This document shows, piece by piece, positions 9,827 to 21,400 of a stretch of 64,000 nucleotides of DNA. The notes under the pieces are model-generated. The model ran no database searches and was not told the DNA's origin. It saw only the letters and a list, made by a program, of their open reading frames with translations. Position 1 is the stretch's first letter, and each line of letters opens with the position of its first letter. Both the position numbers and the translations under genes were made by a program. Source of the stretch: Candidatus Kapaibacterium sp. (GTDB lineage: Bacteria; Bacteroidota; Ignavibacteria; Kapaibacteriales; UBA2268); assembly GCA_963664875.1 (NCBI GenBank), contig OY761611.1:1472001-1536000 (forward strand), read 5' to 3'.

Positions 9827-10709
9827 TCGGCGTATGTTTCCATCTTTTATGTTGCCAAGCCCATAATCCGGGTACCAATCTTATCTGATTTTCTAATTCT
9901 TTTACATGCCTTTCGGTCAAGATGCTAACTGCATCTTCCCTATCTTTAATATCATCAAAAGGAATTTCTCGTAACCGAACTGTGTAAGTGCCGTCTTTTT
10001 GCCTAACTGCAAAACCCATAACAATCGGAGCATTAAGTCTTAGAGCCATAGCAGCAGGAGATTCGTAAGTCGCAGCAGGTCTGCCAAAGAAATCTACAAA
10101 TAAATCTTTGTCTTTTGTAGCACTTTGGTCTGCCAGTAAAGCTATCATGTTGCCTTTTCTTAATTCTGACACAATTGTCCTGGCAGCATTATACATCGAA
10201 ACTACTTTGTTATTATGACTTGTTCGGTACGAATTCAAAATCTCATCGGCAGTTTTATTTCTTTGAGGTTTGACAATTATCGTAACAGGAACTCCGGTGA
10301 AATATCCTGCTGTATATGCCAAAAGCTCCCAATTGCCATAGTGTCCCGATAACAGTATGACACCATTTCCGGATTTTTGCTTTTCAGCAATCAAATCTAT
10401 ATTCTCATAGACAATTTTTCTTTTTAGCTCATCTGCACTCATGCTTGGTATCGCCATCAGTTCAAACATGGTAATCCCAAGATTGCGGTACGAGTCATAA
10501 GCTATACTTTCAAGCTCTCTTTTAGTCTTGTCAGGGAAAGCATGTTTGATGTTGTCATAAGTTATGTTATATCTTTTTTTACTTAGCAATCTCAAACACA
10601 AGCCTATAAGGCTGCCAATTTTTATACGAACTGAATCAGAAACGTGCTTAGATATAGTACTGAGAGCTAAAAGTACAATATTTACAATATATTCCGTAAT
10701 TTTTTGCAT
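9819..10709 (-). CDS. Lipid A biosynthesis acyltransferase (LpxL/HtrB family)
   Basis: SGHYGNWE, LADQ, FFGRPA, WAWQHKRWK. Confidence 0.88.
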   Translation of the reverse strand: MQKITEYIVNIVLLALSTISKHVSDSVRIKIGSLIGLCLRLLSKKRYNITYDNIKHAFPDKTKRELESIAYDSYRNLGITMFELMAIPSMSADELKRKIVYENIDLIAEKQKSGNGVILLSGHYGNWELLAYTAGYFTGVPVTIIVKPQRNKTADEILNSYRTSHNNKVVSMYNAARTIVSELRKGNMIALLADQSATKDKDLFVDFFGRPAATYESPAAMALRLNAPIVMGFAVRQKDGTYTVRLREIPFDDIKDREDAVSILTERHVKELENQIRLVPGLWAWQHKRWKHTPNE

Positions 10710-12118
10710 TATTTAGATTTTTTTTCACTTTCTAATTCATAAGGGGATTTTGTTTTATCATCAGTCGGTACATACTGATCAAACCAATCAGGATTGTAAG
10801 GCTCTCCTGTTACAGTTGAGTGGACGAGTTGATAATCGTTATACCCCATTCTTTCGACAAAGTAAAAATACGCTCCACCTTCATAGCGAGTATAATGCCA
10901 CTCTTCCCATGCTCTGTTTTCCATAGAAACTCTGTTAATGTCCTTATCATCAGGGAATCCGTATTTTATAAGCACTCTTCCCCTATCAGTATTCCATCCG
11001 TCATCTTCATTTTTTGTGGAAAAGTGTCTGTTTGCATATTTGATTCTTCTGTTAAAATCAACAAGAGTCTCGTTCAATCTTGTAGTTGTGTCGATGTCTC
11101 TCATTTGCCAAAATCTATAGAGAGCTCTCTGTTTACCTTTTACATTTGTCAATCTGTCGAAAAGCTGTTTCTCAGTATCGTGAGCCACAATCTTTGCCAT
11201 TTTTACAGCTTCATCTACCTGCATATCCGTCATAGTAGCAAACTCACTTAATTCAAACAGCTCATCTTCAGTAAACACTATCGTAGCATCTAAAGGCATT
11301 TCATAATTATAGATATAAAACTTCTTCTCTTTAGTTTGATGCAAATATTGATCTTTATAAATCTCAACAACTACATAATAAACACCACTTGGAAAACCTG
11401 AAAGCGAAGTCCCAAAATATGTAAAGTAGATATTTTGTTTGTTCTCAACAGTTATATTTTGTAATTCTTTTCTGATAGGCATCTTTGCAGCATCTAATAT
11501 TTTATATTTTATCGAATATTTACTGTCATCGTCCTGATCATAAAGCACTTTGTAGCTATGACAGATATAAATGTCCATCTGATTTGTAGCATAAACAGCT
11601 TCAGGGTTAGGTACAACATAAAACCCATACTTATTAAATATAGATTCTTTTTCGCTTTTTTCGAGAACCCTTGCCAACTGCAAATCGCCTAATTCGATAT
11701 TAGAATCACTATTTATTAAAGTAAATGTTTTTTCTTCTGTCTTGACATTTTTTGAACTGAAGTCTTCATATTCTAAGCGGAGAGTATATGAACCTGCCGG
11801 CAAATCATATCTTTTTTGTCCAATCAAATCTCTCAATGTATTATCAGTTACACTTCTAATATCTCTAACCATGATACTATCTTGCAACATAAATCCATCT
11901 CTTCCGGAAAGCAGTATATTTATACGAAATTCAGCCATATAATTATCACCTTCATAGTGCTGATAAATAAGCTGATCATTACTCATACCATAATATAGTT
12001 CCCACAAAAAACTGCCGTCTGTATTAAAAAAATACGCATGATCGAATTCAATCTTTTGTGCAAATACACTGATATTAGCAAACATCAATATAAAAAGTAA
12101 ATACTTTAGCTTTCTCAT
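10709..12118 (-). CDS. GWxTD domain-containing exported protein
   Basis: Signal peptide; FWQMRD...RRIKYAN...GWNTDRGRVLIKYGFPD...EEWHY. Confidence 0.88.
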   Translation of the reverse strand: MRKLKYLLFILMFANISVFAQKIEFDHAYFFNTDGSFLWELYYGMSNDQLIYQHYEGDNYMAEFRINILLSGRDGFMLQDSIMVRDIRSVTDNTLRDLIGQKRYDLPAGSYTLRLEYEDFSSKNVKTEEKTFTLINSDSNIELGDLQLARVLEKSEKESIFNKYGFYVVPNPEAVYATNQMDIYICHSYKVLYDQDDDSKYSIKYKILDAAKMPIRKELQNITVENKQNIYFTYFGTSLSGFPSGVYYVVVEIYKDQYLHQTKEKKFYIYNYEMPLDATIVFTEDELFELSEFATMTDMQVDEAVKMAKIVAHDTEKQLFDRLTNVKGKQRALYRFWQMRDIDTTTRLNETLVDFNRRIKYANRHFSTKNEDDGWNTDRGRVLIKYGFPDDKDINRVSMENRAWEEWHYTRYEGGAYFYFVERMGYNDYQLVHSTVTGEPYNPDWFDQYVPTDDKTKSPYELESEKKSK

Positions 12119-12143
12119 AACTACTGCCTTATTTTCATTTTTT

Positions 12144-12182
12144 AAAAAAGCCGTTAGAGATATTATTTACTCTAACGGCTTT
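12144..12182 (-). terminator. Terminator after the PorV-family gene
   Basis: 13-bp stem AAAGCCGTTAGAG/CTCTAACGGCTTT with a minus-strand T-run. Confidence 0.75.
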
Positions 12183-12208
12183 ATATTATAATATCATTCT
12201 ATATTATA

Positions 12209-13255
12209 CTAGTTGCCTAATTGCAATGTTACACCAAATCTATGGATTAGCTGATCAATTTCCATAGCAGGAGTCATAGAGTAACCGAAGTCACCTGTCA
12301 TACTGCCAGTGAAATATTTCAAACCAACACCAAAAGCAACGCCATTGTTGTCATGACCGAAGTTATAACCTGCTCTCAAAGCAAGGAATTCTTTCCAAAC
12401 ATATTCACCACCAAAAGCGAACTGTTCAGAAATATCTGAGTGAGTGATAAAGTCAGCAGCCGCTGTTACAGCATGGTCGCCATCTTTAAATACTTCAGAT
12501 GAAATACCTGCACGGAAAATTACAGGAGCTGAATAAGTAGAGCTCAAGTAAGACGCATCAAGTTCTGATTGATACAATTCTTTACCGTAAAGAGGAGCTT
12601 GTGTTCTTAAATCTTGTCCTGTGTATTCCATATCCCCACCGAAGTTGTGGATAGAGAAACCGATTTTTATACCTTGGATACCAGTATCGTACAAAGTTCC
12701 AACGTCAAAAGCAAAACCACCACTAGACAAGTTAGCAATTCTGTTGCTCAAATATTTAGCTGTAACACCAAAGCTAAACTGATCAGTGATTTTACCAGAG
12801 AAGGTCAACTGTGCAGCCATGTCCTGTACTGTATAATGTATATCAGTACCGTCTTGATCTGCTGTTGTTGTATATTCTATATCTCCACTAGATAGAGAGA
12901 TAATAGAACCTGCCAATGAGAATTGGTCACCCATTTTCATAGATGCAGCTGCAAAGCTAATACCATAGTCTGCAAACCAAGTAGTATGCTCAACCTGAGC
13001 AGTCATACCATCTAAATTTACTAAGGCAGCAGGATTCCAAAAAAGACATGACAAATCATTTACTGCTGCTCCATTAGCACCAGCCATACCTGTCGCTCTT
13101 GTGCCTATAGGAATCTTCAAAAACTGTGATCCGGCGGCACCTACTTTACTGATTTTACCTGCTGAAGACGCTTGCCCGGGTAATTCGGCGAAAGCTTCCT
13201 GTTGAGTAAAAACAGATAGAGCGACTAAACAAATTATTGTGAGTATTTTCTTCAT
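12209..13255 (-). CDS. PorV/PorQ-family outer-membrane beta-barrel
   Basis: Signal peptide; FLKIPIGTRATGMAGA...LFWNPAAL N-terminal signature; amphipathic strands, ALRAGY, C-terminal HRFGVTL. Confidence 0.82.
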   Translation of the reverse strand: MKKILTIICLVALSVFTQQEAFAELPGQASSAGKISKVGAAGSQFLKIPIGTRATGMAGANGAAVNDLSCLFWNPAALVNLDGMTAQVEHTTWFADYGISFAAASMKMGDQFSLAGSIISLSSGDIEYTTTADQDGTDIHYTVQDMAAQLTFSGKITDQFSFGVTAKYLSNRIANLSSGGFAFDVGTLYDTGIQGIKIGFSIHNFGGDMEYTGQDLRTQAPLYGKELYQSELDASYLSSTYSAPVIFRAGISSEVFKDGDHAVTAAADFITHSDISEQFAFGGEYVWKEFLALRAGYNFGHDNNGVAFGVGLKYFTGSMTGDFGYSMTPAMEIDQLIHRFGVTLQLGN

Positions 13256-13291
13256 TTTTTAATATCCTTGATTTTAATTTCTTTACTTAAC

Positions 13292-13319
13292 GCCGCTGCC
13301 TGCCGAAACAGGCAGCGAC
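13292..13319 (-). other. Intergenic GC-rich hairpin with TTCG loop and no U-tract (candidate mRNA stabiliser or processing element)
   Basis: Minus strand GTCGCTGCCTGT-TTCG-GCAGGCAGCGGC, followed by GTTAAG rather than a T-run. Confidence 0.55.
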
Positions 13320-13332
13320 TTTGAAAAAAATA

Positions 13333-16300
13333 TTAGTCAGTAATAATTCTGTAGCTACCAACAATAACAGAGAAGTTTTTGATAGTCTGAGCACCGTTTG
13401 GAGTAGAAATTACAGCCACTAATGCCTGAGAAGCAACTCTTTGGTTATTGTCAGATAGTAAGTCCCAAATATCTACAGAAACTTTATTAGGATCAGTAGA
13501 AGTTATCTCATTATGTTCAATGCGCTTAATAAGTTCACCGGTAACAGTATAGATATCTATAGTACAAGTTTCCGGAAGTCTTGTGAAATAAAGTTCAGCA
13601 CCGTAAGGAGATTTTTGACCTTGGTGAGAAATGAAGTACGGGTTAGGTACTACCTGAATGTCTTCAAGATCTTCATCTTCAAACTGATTTGGATTTTTAG
13701 GTTCACCACCAACTTTGATTCTTACTTTTGCACCAGGTGCAGGAAGACCTAATGCACCACCTGTAGTTGAAAGAATCAATTTGTCGCCAGGAGCAAAGTT
13801 AGTTTCACCATATTTGAATTCTTCGTAAGGTAACTGATCTTCTTCCCACTGAACAGAAGCAGGAGTGTTAGACGCCTGATTAGCACAGTCAAAGATGAAA
13901 GGTACGCCACTTACATAAAGTACGTTTACAAAGTCAATTGTGTAATCAGCATTTTGAGCTCTTAGTAGATAACCACCTTGGAAACCTGTCCATGCTTCAT
14001 ATTCGCCATCTTCGTTTAAGAACGAAGCTTGGCCATTAACTTCTAACATTCTTCTTGCAAACAATTTAGGTTTGTTGATACTAGATACTCTCTTGTTTCT
14101 AACATTAACCCATGCACTTGCAAAGATATTATATTTATTGTACATAGAATCAGGGTGAACACCCATTGCTACAGTATTTACAGGATATGGATATGCTTTA
14201 GTATATAATACATTCATCAATGTATTTGCATAGTCAGGCTGCCATCCCGGAGATTTACCAATACTTTCTTTTTGACCATAGAAAGAATATCCATCTGCTT
14301 TGAAAGGCAATGCCGGAATATTGATATGTTCCATTGGAGTTTCATAAGAAATCTCAGTAGTCGTACCGTCAGCATTTCTTCTGTCAAATTTAGTTTTATT
14401 TGTTAGCTTAGTTGTAAGATAATCTACAGTAAATTCAAGAGGTACTTTTTCACTACCTTCTTCGATCCATACTTTGATTGTTGTAGTTTTCTTTTCTAAG
14501 AATTCTAATTCATAAGTTGCAGGACCGTTATTGTAGCTCGCATAAATTGGGTTACCAATATTGTTTACCATAGTTGCGTTCATATAACGATTATCTGAAA
14601 TTGCTAAATCTGCACGGACATAGGCATCTTCTTGTCCGATTTTTTGTGTAGTAGCAACATTCACACCGGCATAAGAGAACGGTTTAGCATCTACTTTTCT
14701 GTCAGGATCGTGCAGTGGCAATCTTGCTTCATCTGTGTAACGAGGCATGATTACATCTACTTTTTTGTCACCAACAACGATGATAGTATCCATTCTGTAA
14801 TCGCCACCAAATTGTTTGATGTGATAGTCAAATTTGAATCCTAAAGCTCCGTATGCAGGTTTAACCATACCACTATAAGATTTACCAAAGTAGTAAAGAC
14901 CGGTATAAGGAATGAATCCAGGGTCAATCATTTCGCCTGTCGTCCATGTACCAAATCTCTCAACTGTTTCTCTTGAGTCATGTAAACCAAAAGTGATTGT
15001 ATCAAGACTTGCTGAAATAGAATCGACAATTGGTTTGTCATTTAATACGTATGATAATCCGTTTTCAGTGAAAGCTTCCTGGTAAGCAAAATTTCCTGGA
15101 TCTTTTTCAAATTCTGTTAAACCTTCATAGATTACCTGTCCGGTAGTAACATCAGTCAATACCATTTGACGGTAATATTTACCAAAGTATGTATCATTCA
15201 AGTTACCTGTGAAAGTAACAGAAGTAGAATACCAGAATGGTTTAAATTCTAATTCTAACTCATGACCTGCGAAGAATTGTGATACTCTTTGGTCATCTAA
15301 TGAGAAGAATTTGAAATTATTCAAACTACCTATCTTGTTTGGAGTAAGAACTTCTACATCAAATTTGATATCATCAGTAATCGGAGCCGCTTTAGGTCTT
15401 ACATTTACTTCATTTGGCAAAGCCAAAGACGCATCGTTAGTTTTTGATTCTGTTGGCTGTCTATAGTCACCTTCGTCAAATGACAATATTTTGTAGTAGT
15501 AATCTACGTTGTTATATAGCTGCTCAGTCTGAGTTGGATCTTCTGAATAGTAGAAATAACCATCACCATTGTCACCAAGGTCAATGAAAGTACGGTTATT
15601 TGTAACTTTAGCCATATAGTTAGGTATTAGACCTTCTCTGATATCTGTTTTTTGATAGAAATCTAAATAATAATATATAGTATCTAAAACAGTACTATCT
15701 TGATCGCTGTTAGCTTTCTTAATGATTTTACCTGTTACAGAATCTCTAACTGGTACCCATGCTTCTTCTGATTCTTCAAAGAGAGGGAATTTAACTTTTG
15801 CTTTACCTTCTTGGATATATCTGTAAACCAAATCATTGATGTAGCTTAAGTGTTCTGCATTAGACATAATGTCTTGAGCAGTATTGTGTATTGTAGCATA
15901 GTCGATAACATATTTAGTACTACCTGCTTCTTTAAAGGCTTTTGCAGAGCTATAGTAATAAATAGTATCTACACGATATTTTACTTTTACAACTTTGTCA
16001 TTGGAATCTTTAGTTTCATGGAACTCCCATCTCAACGTATCTTCTTCTGCATTGTTAAAGTTGTCATTTACATACGTAGTAAAGTTGTAATAATCTTCAG
16101 CTGAAATCACAGTCTGCTTTTTGATATAGAACAGTGGATTATAATCCAATAGTGCACTCTGCAATTCTACAGTACCTACTAAAATAGAGTCTAATAAGAA
16201 GTCTTTTTTAGTTGGGTCATATCTATATGCTTTGTCGAGATATTCAGTTCTTTTTTCTAAAAGTCTTCTGCGATATGCTTCAACAGAATCTTCTGTAAGA

Positions 16301-18399
16301 GGTTTAGCAGCTTCGAATCTAATTTGATCAAAGTTTTTGCCTAATCTTGAAGCGTTTGCTACACTATAGAAGTATTTACCCCAAGGGCCTCTTGCATCTA
16401 ATGTATCAATATCAACAATTACAGGAAGGTTCAAATGATTGAACTTAAGAAGTTCTCCACCATCTGTGTAAACCTGAGAGTTGAAGAAGTTTGGTTGTTC
16501 CATAATACAACCATTACATATACGCATAACTTTGATGTTAAATGAATCTAAGGCATCAACGTCGCTATATAATCCATTTTTAGTAACAGGGCCTAAAATG
16601 CGCAATGAGTCGATATAAGGCATCACATCAGATTTAGAAGGATCACCTACCTGATAGCTTGATTTCTCAAATGCAGGCGGAATTTGCCATTGTGCAATTT
16701 GTCTCCAACCAAGAGGGCCTGAATTTTCAGTTTGTGTAGTGTTGAATGTATCAAGATCAGTTCTTCTTGCACGGTACAATCTGTAACCCATGAAGTCCAA
16801 ACCGCTTTCTTCATCATCTTCAGAAAGTTCTGAGAAATCGTCCCAATTAAGTACAACACCATTATTCACACCTTTTGCATACAATGTAGCTCTGCGAGGT
16901 GGTTGTGGTGCTCTAAAGTTGTTGTCATATACTATCTGAGCAAACATATCTCTTTGTACAAGATTAGCCATATCTTCAGTAGTACCGTCAGGATAAGGTA
17001 AGTCTTTTACAGATGGAGCAATAATAATACCAACTACAACTCTTGCAGTATCATAAGGTAACATATTGAAAGGTCCTGTCGCCATCATAAAGCGTTTATC
17101 ACCGGAACCTTTATCACCATCACGGTTGTAAGTAGAAAGGAAGTCATATCTTTCAGCGTCTTCTGTTTTATCTTCTGAGATGTTCCAGTTGTTGAAAGAT
17201 TGAAGACCTAACTGTTCTTCGTTAGTATATTTTCTTTTATCTCTACGTAAGAAACCGGCTAATGGGTTAATTGTGCTATCCGGCAAGAATTGACTTTGAA
17301 CTGCCGGTGATTCCAAGAAGTCATAACCTAAATAACCAAAGCCACGACCAGCCTCACCACGATCACCTTGTGACCATTGAACAGCCATATTCAATGTTGT
17401 ATCTTCGCCAGTAAAGCTTCCGTAGAATCTTACTCTATCATTTACCGCACCTGCACTTGTGTTTGGTTCACGTGCAATATCCACGTCCATAACAGGAGCA
17501 AGCCAGCATTCTCTCAAAGTATCAGGATTAAAAGAAATCAAATCATATTTTATAAAAACGAAATCTTTGTAATCGCCAAAACCCCAAGAGTAAATCATCT
17601 GTTCAAACTGCATATAAAAAGGATAGCCTTTAGCTTTAGCACCTGAAGCACCACCTTCAAAGTATCTCAAGTCAGTATCTTTGTAAGTACAAAATACGTC
17701 TTCACCAGAGATAAATGCAGGGCCTTTTTTAAATACTTTATCGCTTCTTAAAGATTCTTCTTCGATATAATAACCAAAGTATCTTTTAGTTTTCAATGTA
17801 TCAGTAGGGTCTGTACTGGAATCCCAGATAGGCCAGTTTGTGCCGTCTGTTTGATCTAGTGGAGTACCATTACCCAAAAAGTCTGTTGAGAAATATGTTC
17901 TATATTTTTGAACAGCACTTGCATCATTATCTACCAAAGGAGTTGGAAGACCATTTTCATCGTGGATACGTCCCGGAACCATCCAAGATCTACCATCACG
18001 AGGGTTATAAGTAAGCTCACAAAGCTTGTTTAATACAGGTTTTCCTTCTTCGTCAAATTTCTTTTCTCCTGTAGCAGGATCTGTCATGTGAATTTTAGCA
18101 CCAATCCATGCACCACCTGCATAGATGTATTGGTTTAGGGAGTTGCGTGGCCAATGCGAACCGCCTGTACGGTTTGCAACGTTATAGCCGAAAATACCGT
18201 AGTTTGTAGTGTAAAACTCGATATTACTTACAGTGTTTTTCTGTAAGTCAAATGCCCCTGTTGCTTTTCTCAAAAGCATTTCAGGACTATCTTCATCAGT
18301 TTTATATTGCTCATGAATGTCGGCGTGCATTGTAGTCTGTACTACAAGCAAAAGCAGAGCTATCATGCCTAATAAAACCTTTTTGAATGATATTGTCAT
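13333..18399 (-). CDS. 1688-aa exported protein with an interrupted FN3-like region and an atypical T9SS/FlgD-like C-terminal domain
   Basis: Signal peptide; TNYGIFG, YIYAGGAWIGA, GYDFLESP, GDKRFMMATGPF; LNWDD..DFMGYRLYR...YYYKILSFD; C-terminal IQVVPNPY..FTRLP..TIDIYTVTGELIK..WDL. Confidence 0.75.
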   Translation of the reverse strand: MTISFKKVLLGMIALLLLVVQTTMHADIHEQYKTDEDSPEMLLRKATGAFDLQKNTVSNIEFYTTNYGIFGYNVANRTGGSHWPRNSLNQYIYAGGAWIGAKIHMTDPATGEKKFDEEGKPVLNKLCELTYNPRDGRSWMVPGRIHDENGLPTPLVDNDASAVQKYRTYFSTDFLGNGTPLDQTDGTNWPIWDSSTDPTDTLKTKRYFGYYIEEESLRSDKVFKKGPAFISGEDVFCTYKDTDLRYFEGGASGAKAKGYPFYMQFEQMIYSWGFGDYKDFVFIKYDLISFNPDTLRECWLAPVMDVDIAREPNTSAGAVNDRVRFYGSFTGEDTTLNMAVQWSQGDRGEAGRGFGYLGYDFLESPAVQSQFLPDSTINPLAGFLRRDKRKYTNEEQLGLQSFNNWNISEDKTEDAERYDFLSTYNRDGDKGSGDKRFMMATGPFNMLPYDTARVVVGIIIAPSVKDLPYPDGTTEDMANLVQRDMFAQIVYDNNFRAPQPPRRATLYAKGVNNGVVLNWDDFSELSEDDEESGLDFMGYRLYRARRTDLDTFNTTQTENSGPLGWRQIAQWQIPPAFEKSSYQVGDPSKSDVMPYIDSLRILGPVTKNGLYSDVDALDSFNIKVMRICNGCIMEQPNFFNSQVYTDGGELLKFNHLNLPVIVDIDTLDARGPWGKYFYSVANASRLGKNFDQIRFEAAKPLTEDSVEAYRRRLLEKRTEYLDKAYRYDPTKKDFLLDSILVGTVELQSALLDYNPLFYIKKQTVISAEDYYNFTTYVNDNFNNAEEDTLRWEFHETKDSNDKVVKVKYRVDTIYYYSSAKAFKEAGSTKYVIDYATIHNTAQDIMSNAEHLSYINDLVYRYIQEGKAKVKFPLFEESEEAWVPVRDSVTGKIIKKANSDQDSTVLDTIYYYLDFYQKTDIREGLIPNYMAKVTNNRTFIDLGDNGDGYFYYSEDPTQTEQLYNNVDYYYKILSFDEGDYRQPTESKTNDASLALPNEVNVRPKAAPITDDIKFDVEVLTPNKIGSLNNFKFFSLDDQRVSQFFAGHELELEFKPFWYSTSVTFTGNLNDTYFGKYYRQMVLTDVTTGQVIYEGLTEFEKDPGNFAYQEAFTENGLSYVLNDKPIVDSISASLDTITFGLHDSRETVERFGTWTTGEMIDPGFIPYTGLYYFGKSYSGMVKPAYGALGFKFDYHIKQFGGDYRMDTIIVVGDKKVDVIMPRYTDEARLPLHDPDRKVDAKPFSYAGVNVATTQKIGQEDAYVRADLAISDNRYMNATMVNNIGNPIYASYNNGPATYELEFLEKKTTTIKVWIEEGSEKVPLEFTVDYLTTKLTNKTKFDRRNADGTTTEISYETPMEHINIPALPFKADGYSFYGQKESIGKSPGWQPDYANTLMNVLYTKAYPYPVNTVAMGVHPDSMYNKYNIFASAWVNVRNKRVSSINKPKLFARRMLEVNGQASFLNEDGEYEAWTGFQGGYLLRAQNADYTIDFVNVLYVSGVPFIFDCANQASNTPASVQWEEDQLPYEEFKYGETNFAPGDKLILSTTGGALGLPAPGAKVRIKVGGEPKNPNQFEDEDLEDIQVVPNPYFISHQGQKSPYGAELYFTRLPETCTIDIYTVTGELIKRIEHNEITSTDPNKVSVDIWDLLSDNNQRVASQALVAVISTPNGAQTIKNFSVIVGSYRIITD

Positions 18400-18448
18400 T
18401 TTATCCTCTATATTTAATTACTAACATTCTAAGTGTAGTTTGCTACAA

Positions 18449-21400
18449 TTAAAACTTAACTTTGAAACCAAAATATACTGTTCTAGGTGTTTTGTAGTTA
18501 CCTTTGAACGAACGAATTTTTTCAACATAATTGATATATGATTCATATTTTTCAATCTGGTTGATCTGACCATTTCCGTCGATGTCAGCTTGTTCGTTGT
18601 ACATTCTGTTTCCGTAGAAATCGTATTGAGAGTTATTAAATGTTTCAGCGTTTGTAAAGTCTGCTTCTTTGTACCAAATTACAGCACTATAGTCACCAAC
18701 ACTTACTCGCGACAAACGACCATCGTCATCCGGATCTTGAGTTACGTTATAGAAACTATATGCTTCAGTAATATCTAAAATGTTATCAACGTCAAGGAAG
18801 AATTCTATTTCAGTATCTCCTGCACCTTCCCAGATCTCGTTCATTTTGATAGTTTTCATTAAACGCATATCGAGGTTCCAATATGACGGACCTACTTCAC
18901 TGTTTCTTGAAGAAAGCATGTTACCTGTCATATCTACCAATGTGTAAGGAGAACCAGAGTTAAATCTACCTGTCAAGTTAATATTCATATTTTGCAATGG
19001 CTGAATACCTGCAATAGAAGGACCTTCATCATCTCCCCAGAAAATGTTTGCTGAAGCACTTACTCTGTGTCTGATGTCGCGGCTTGTAGGATAAGCTGCT
19101 AATGGGAACATCGGATTGTCTGTAAATGGATCGAGTAGCAATGAAGAGTTAGATGTTGCACTTGATGAAGTACCGGTGGACCAACCAAGTGTATAGTTGA
19201 TTTCAAAGTTAAAATGGTCAACAGCGCGTTTTCTTAAATTAAGTTCAACACCTCTGGAGTTACCATATTCAGTAATTGTATATTGATAATATGGAATCGG
19301 AACTGCAGGAATATAAACAGTACCAACTTCATTGTAAATATCATTATAATAAGCAGAAAGTTCTACGATAAGATCTTCTGTCATGTTCGCTTCATAAGCA
19401 ACCTGATATTCATTCTTTCTCTGAGCATCCAAATCAGGGTTACCCAAGATTGCACTTGTTCTTAGAGCAGTCTTGTTAAAGCCGTCATAGTATAACTGGA
19501 ATGCAGGATAAGAATAATAGATACCATAGTTAATTTTGAATACTGATTGATCAGTAATTTTGTAGTTCACACCTACTTTAGGTGAAATGTTTACTTTAGA
19601 ACTAACATCTGCCAAACCTGCTTCGTCACCGATAGATACAAAGTTGTATGTATCATTTGGCAATCTGTATTGAGAACTTGCATCAAAGTAATCAACACGC
19701 ATACCTGCCTGAACAGTTACGTCTTTATAGTTGATTCTATCTTCAGCAAAGAAGTCAAAAGATTTTGGTTTGAATGGCTTGCTTGTTTTGTCATAAACAT
19801 ACTGGTCAGTAGTAGCATAAATATTGCCACCCCATTTATCAGTATATAAGTCATAAGAAGGGTCACCATCATAAGGTGTACCATTATAATGTCTGTGTAA
19901 TTCATGTAGTTTGAAGTTAAAACCTGCAGTAAGCTCTTGTCTTACATCATCAAGATCTAAAATCCAGCTGAATTTACCATCCATCTGAATATAGCTACCA
20001 TCTCTAAAACTAAAGCCACCACCGGCAGAACCGTCAGACACAAATGTGTTTTGTAAACCAAATGCATTACGAGTACCTGTTGAGTAAGGACGACCTTCAT
20101 AGTAACCAGTCAATGGATTACGAACTGGAACTTCACCTTTCAAATAACCGTCTTTTGTATAGCCGGTAACAGTATTCATCTGTGTATATTGATCCACAAC
20201 AAAGTCAGTTCCTGAAATGAAAATATCATTTTGAGGTACTAATTTATCTTCCGGTTCCAAAATATCAAATCCACTCATAAAGCTTGGATCGTCAAAGTTA
20301 TTTCTTCTTCCTTGATAGTCACTGTTTGCAGAACGCGCTACTCTAAGCTCATAAAACATTGAGCTCGAAATAAAGTGGTTCATTTTTACATAAATATTAG
20401 AAAGAACCTGATTAGCTACGTTTATTTTAGCAAAGCCCTGATTGACACCGTTAAATACGCTGTCTGCAGACATACCTTCGCCTTCAAGATAATAAGAAGT
20501 ATAATCAGCATTTTCAAAGTTAGTCATACCCCAAGTACCACCTACTACCATTTTAACAGCAGTAGAGATATCATAAGTAAATTTACCAGTAATGTTTTTC
20601 ATCCAAGTTTGGTTGTTAGGCACTTGGCTCATGTTATTTCCTAACGGATCTAAGATTTCATAGCTTGCGCCGCGATAGTCTTCATGGAAGTAATAGCCGG
20701 ACATGAAGAAAGTTACATCATTAAATCCGGGTATCGGACCACCAATACCAAATTCGTATTTGCCTTCGTTAGATCCTTGAAGTTTATAACCTTCGCCTTC
20801 ATTTCTAAATTCGAAGTTATTACCTGTTCTTACTAAGTTCAAAGCACTTGACTGACGACCAAATAAGAAAGGCAAGTCAGTTCTGTATCTTACATAACCT
20901 TCATATCTGTCATTTCTACCGGCTTTCATTGCACTGTTTACAGCACCAAAACCGGAATACTCTGCACCCATACCACCTTTCATTACCTGAGCTGACTCGG
21001 TAGCTGCAGCAGATGCTGTAGGGTAGTATTTAGAACCACCGATACCCATACCACCTGTAAATTTATTACTCAAATCCATACCATCAAGTAGAATCTGAGT
21101 ATCTGCCTGGCGGGCACCACGGATACTATAACCTGACCCGGAGTTAGTAACACCGGCTTTCATAGAAATAATATCAACAAGGCTTTCACTTGCTACTTTG
21201 TTCATCGTTTCACTTGTTACAACGTCCTGAGAGCCGGCAACATCAACTTTCACCTGATCTCTTGCAGCAGTAACAACGATAGTTTCGGTAGTTTTTACTT
21301 TATCAACCATCTCGATATCTAAAGTAGTAGATTGACCGGAAAGTACCCTCACGCCTTTGATCATTTTGTCAGCTTTAGCTACGTGAGAAGCTTTTACATC

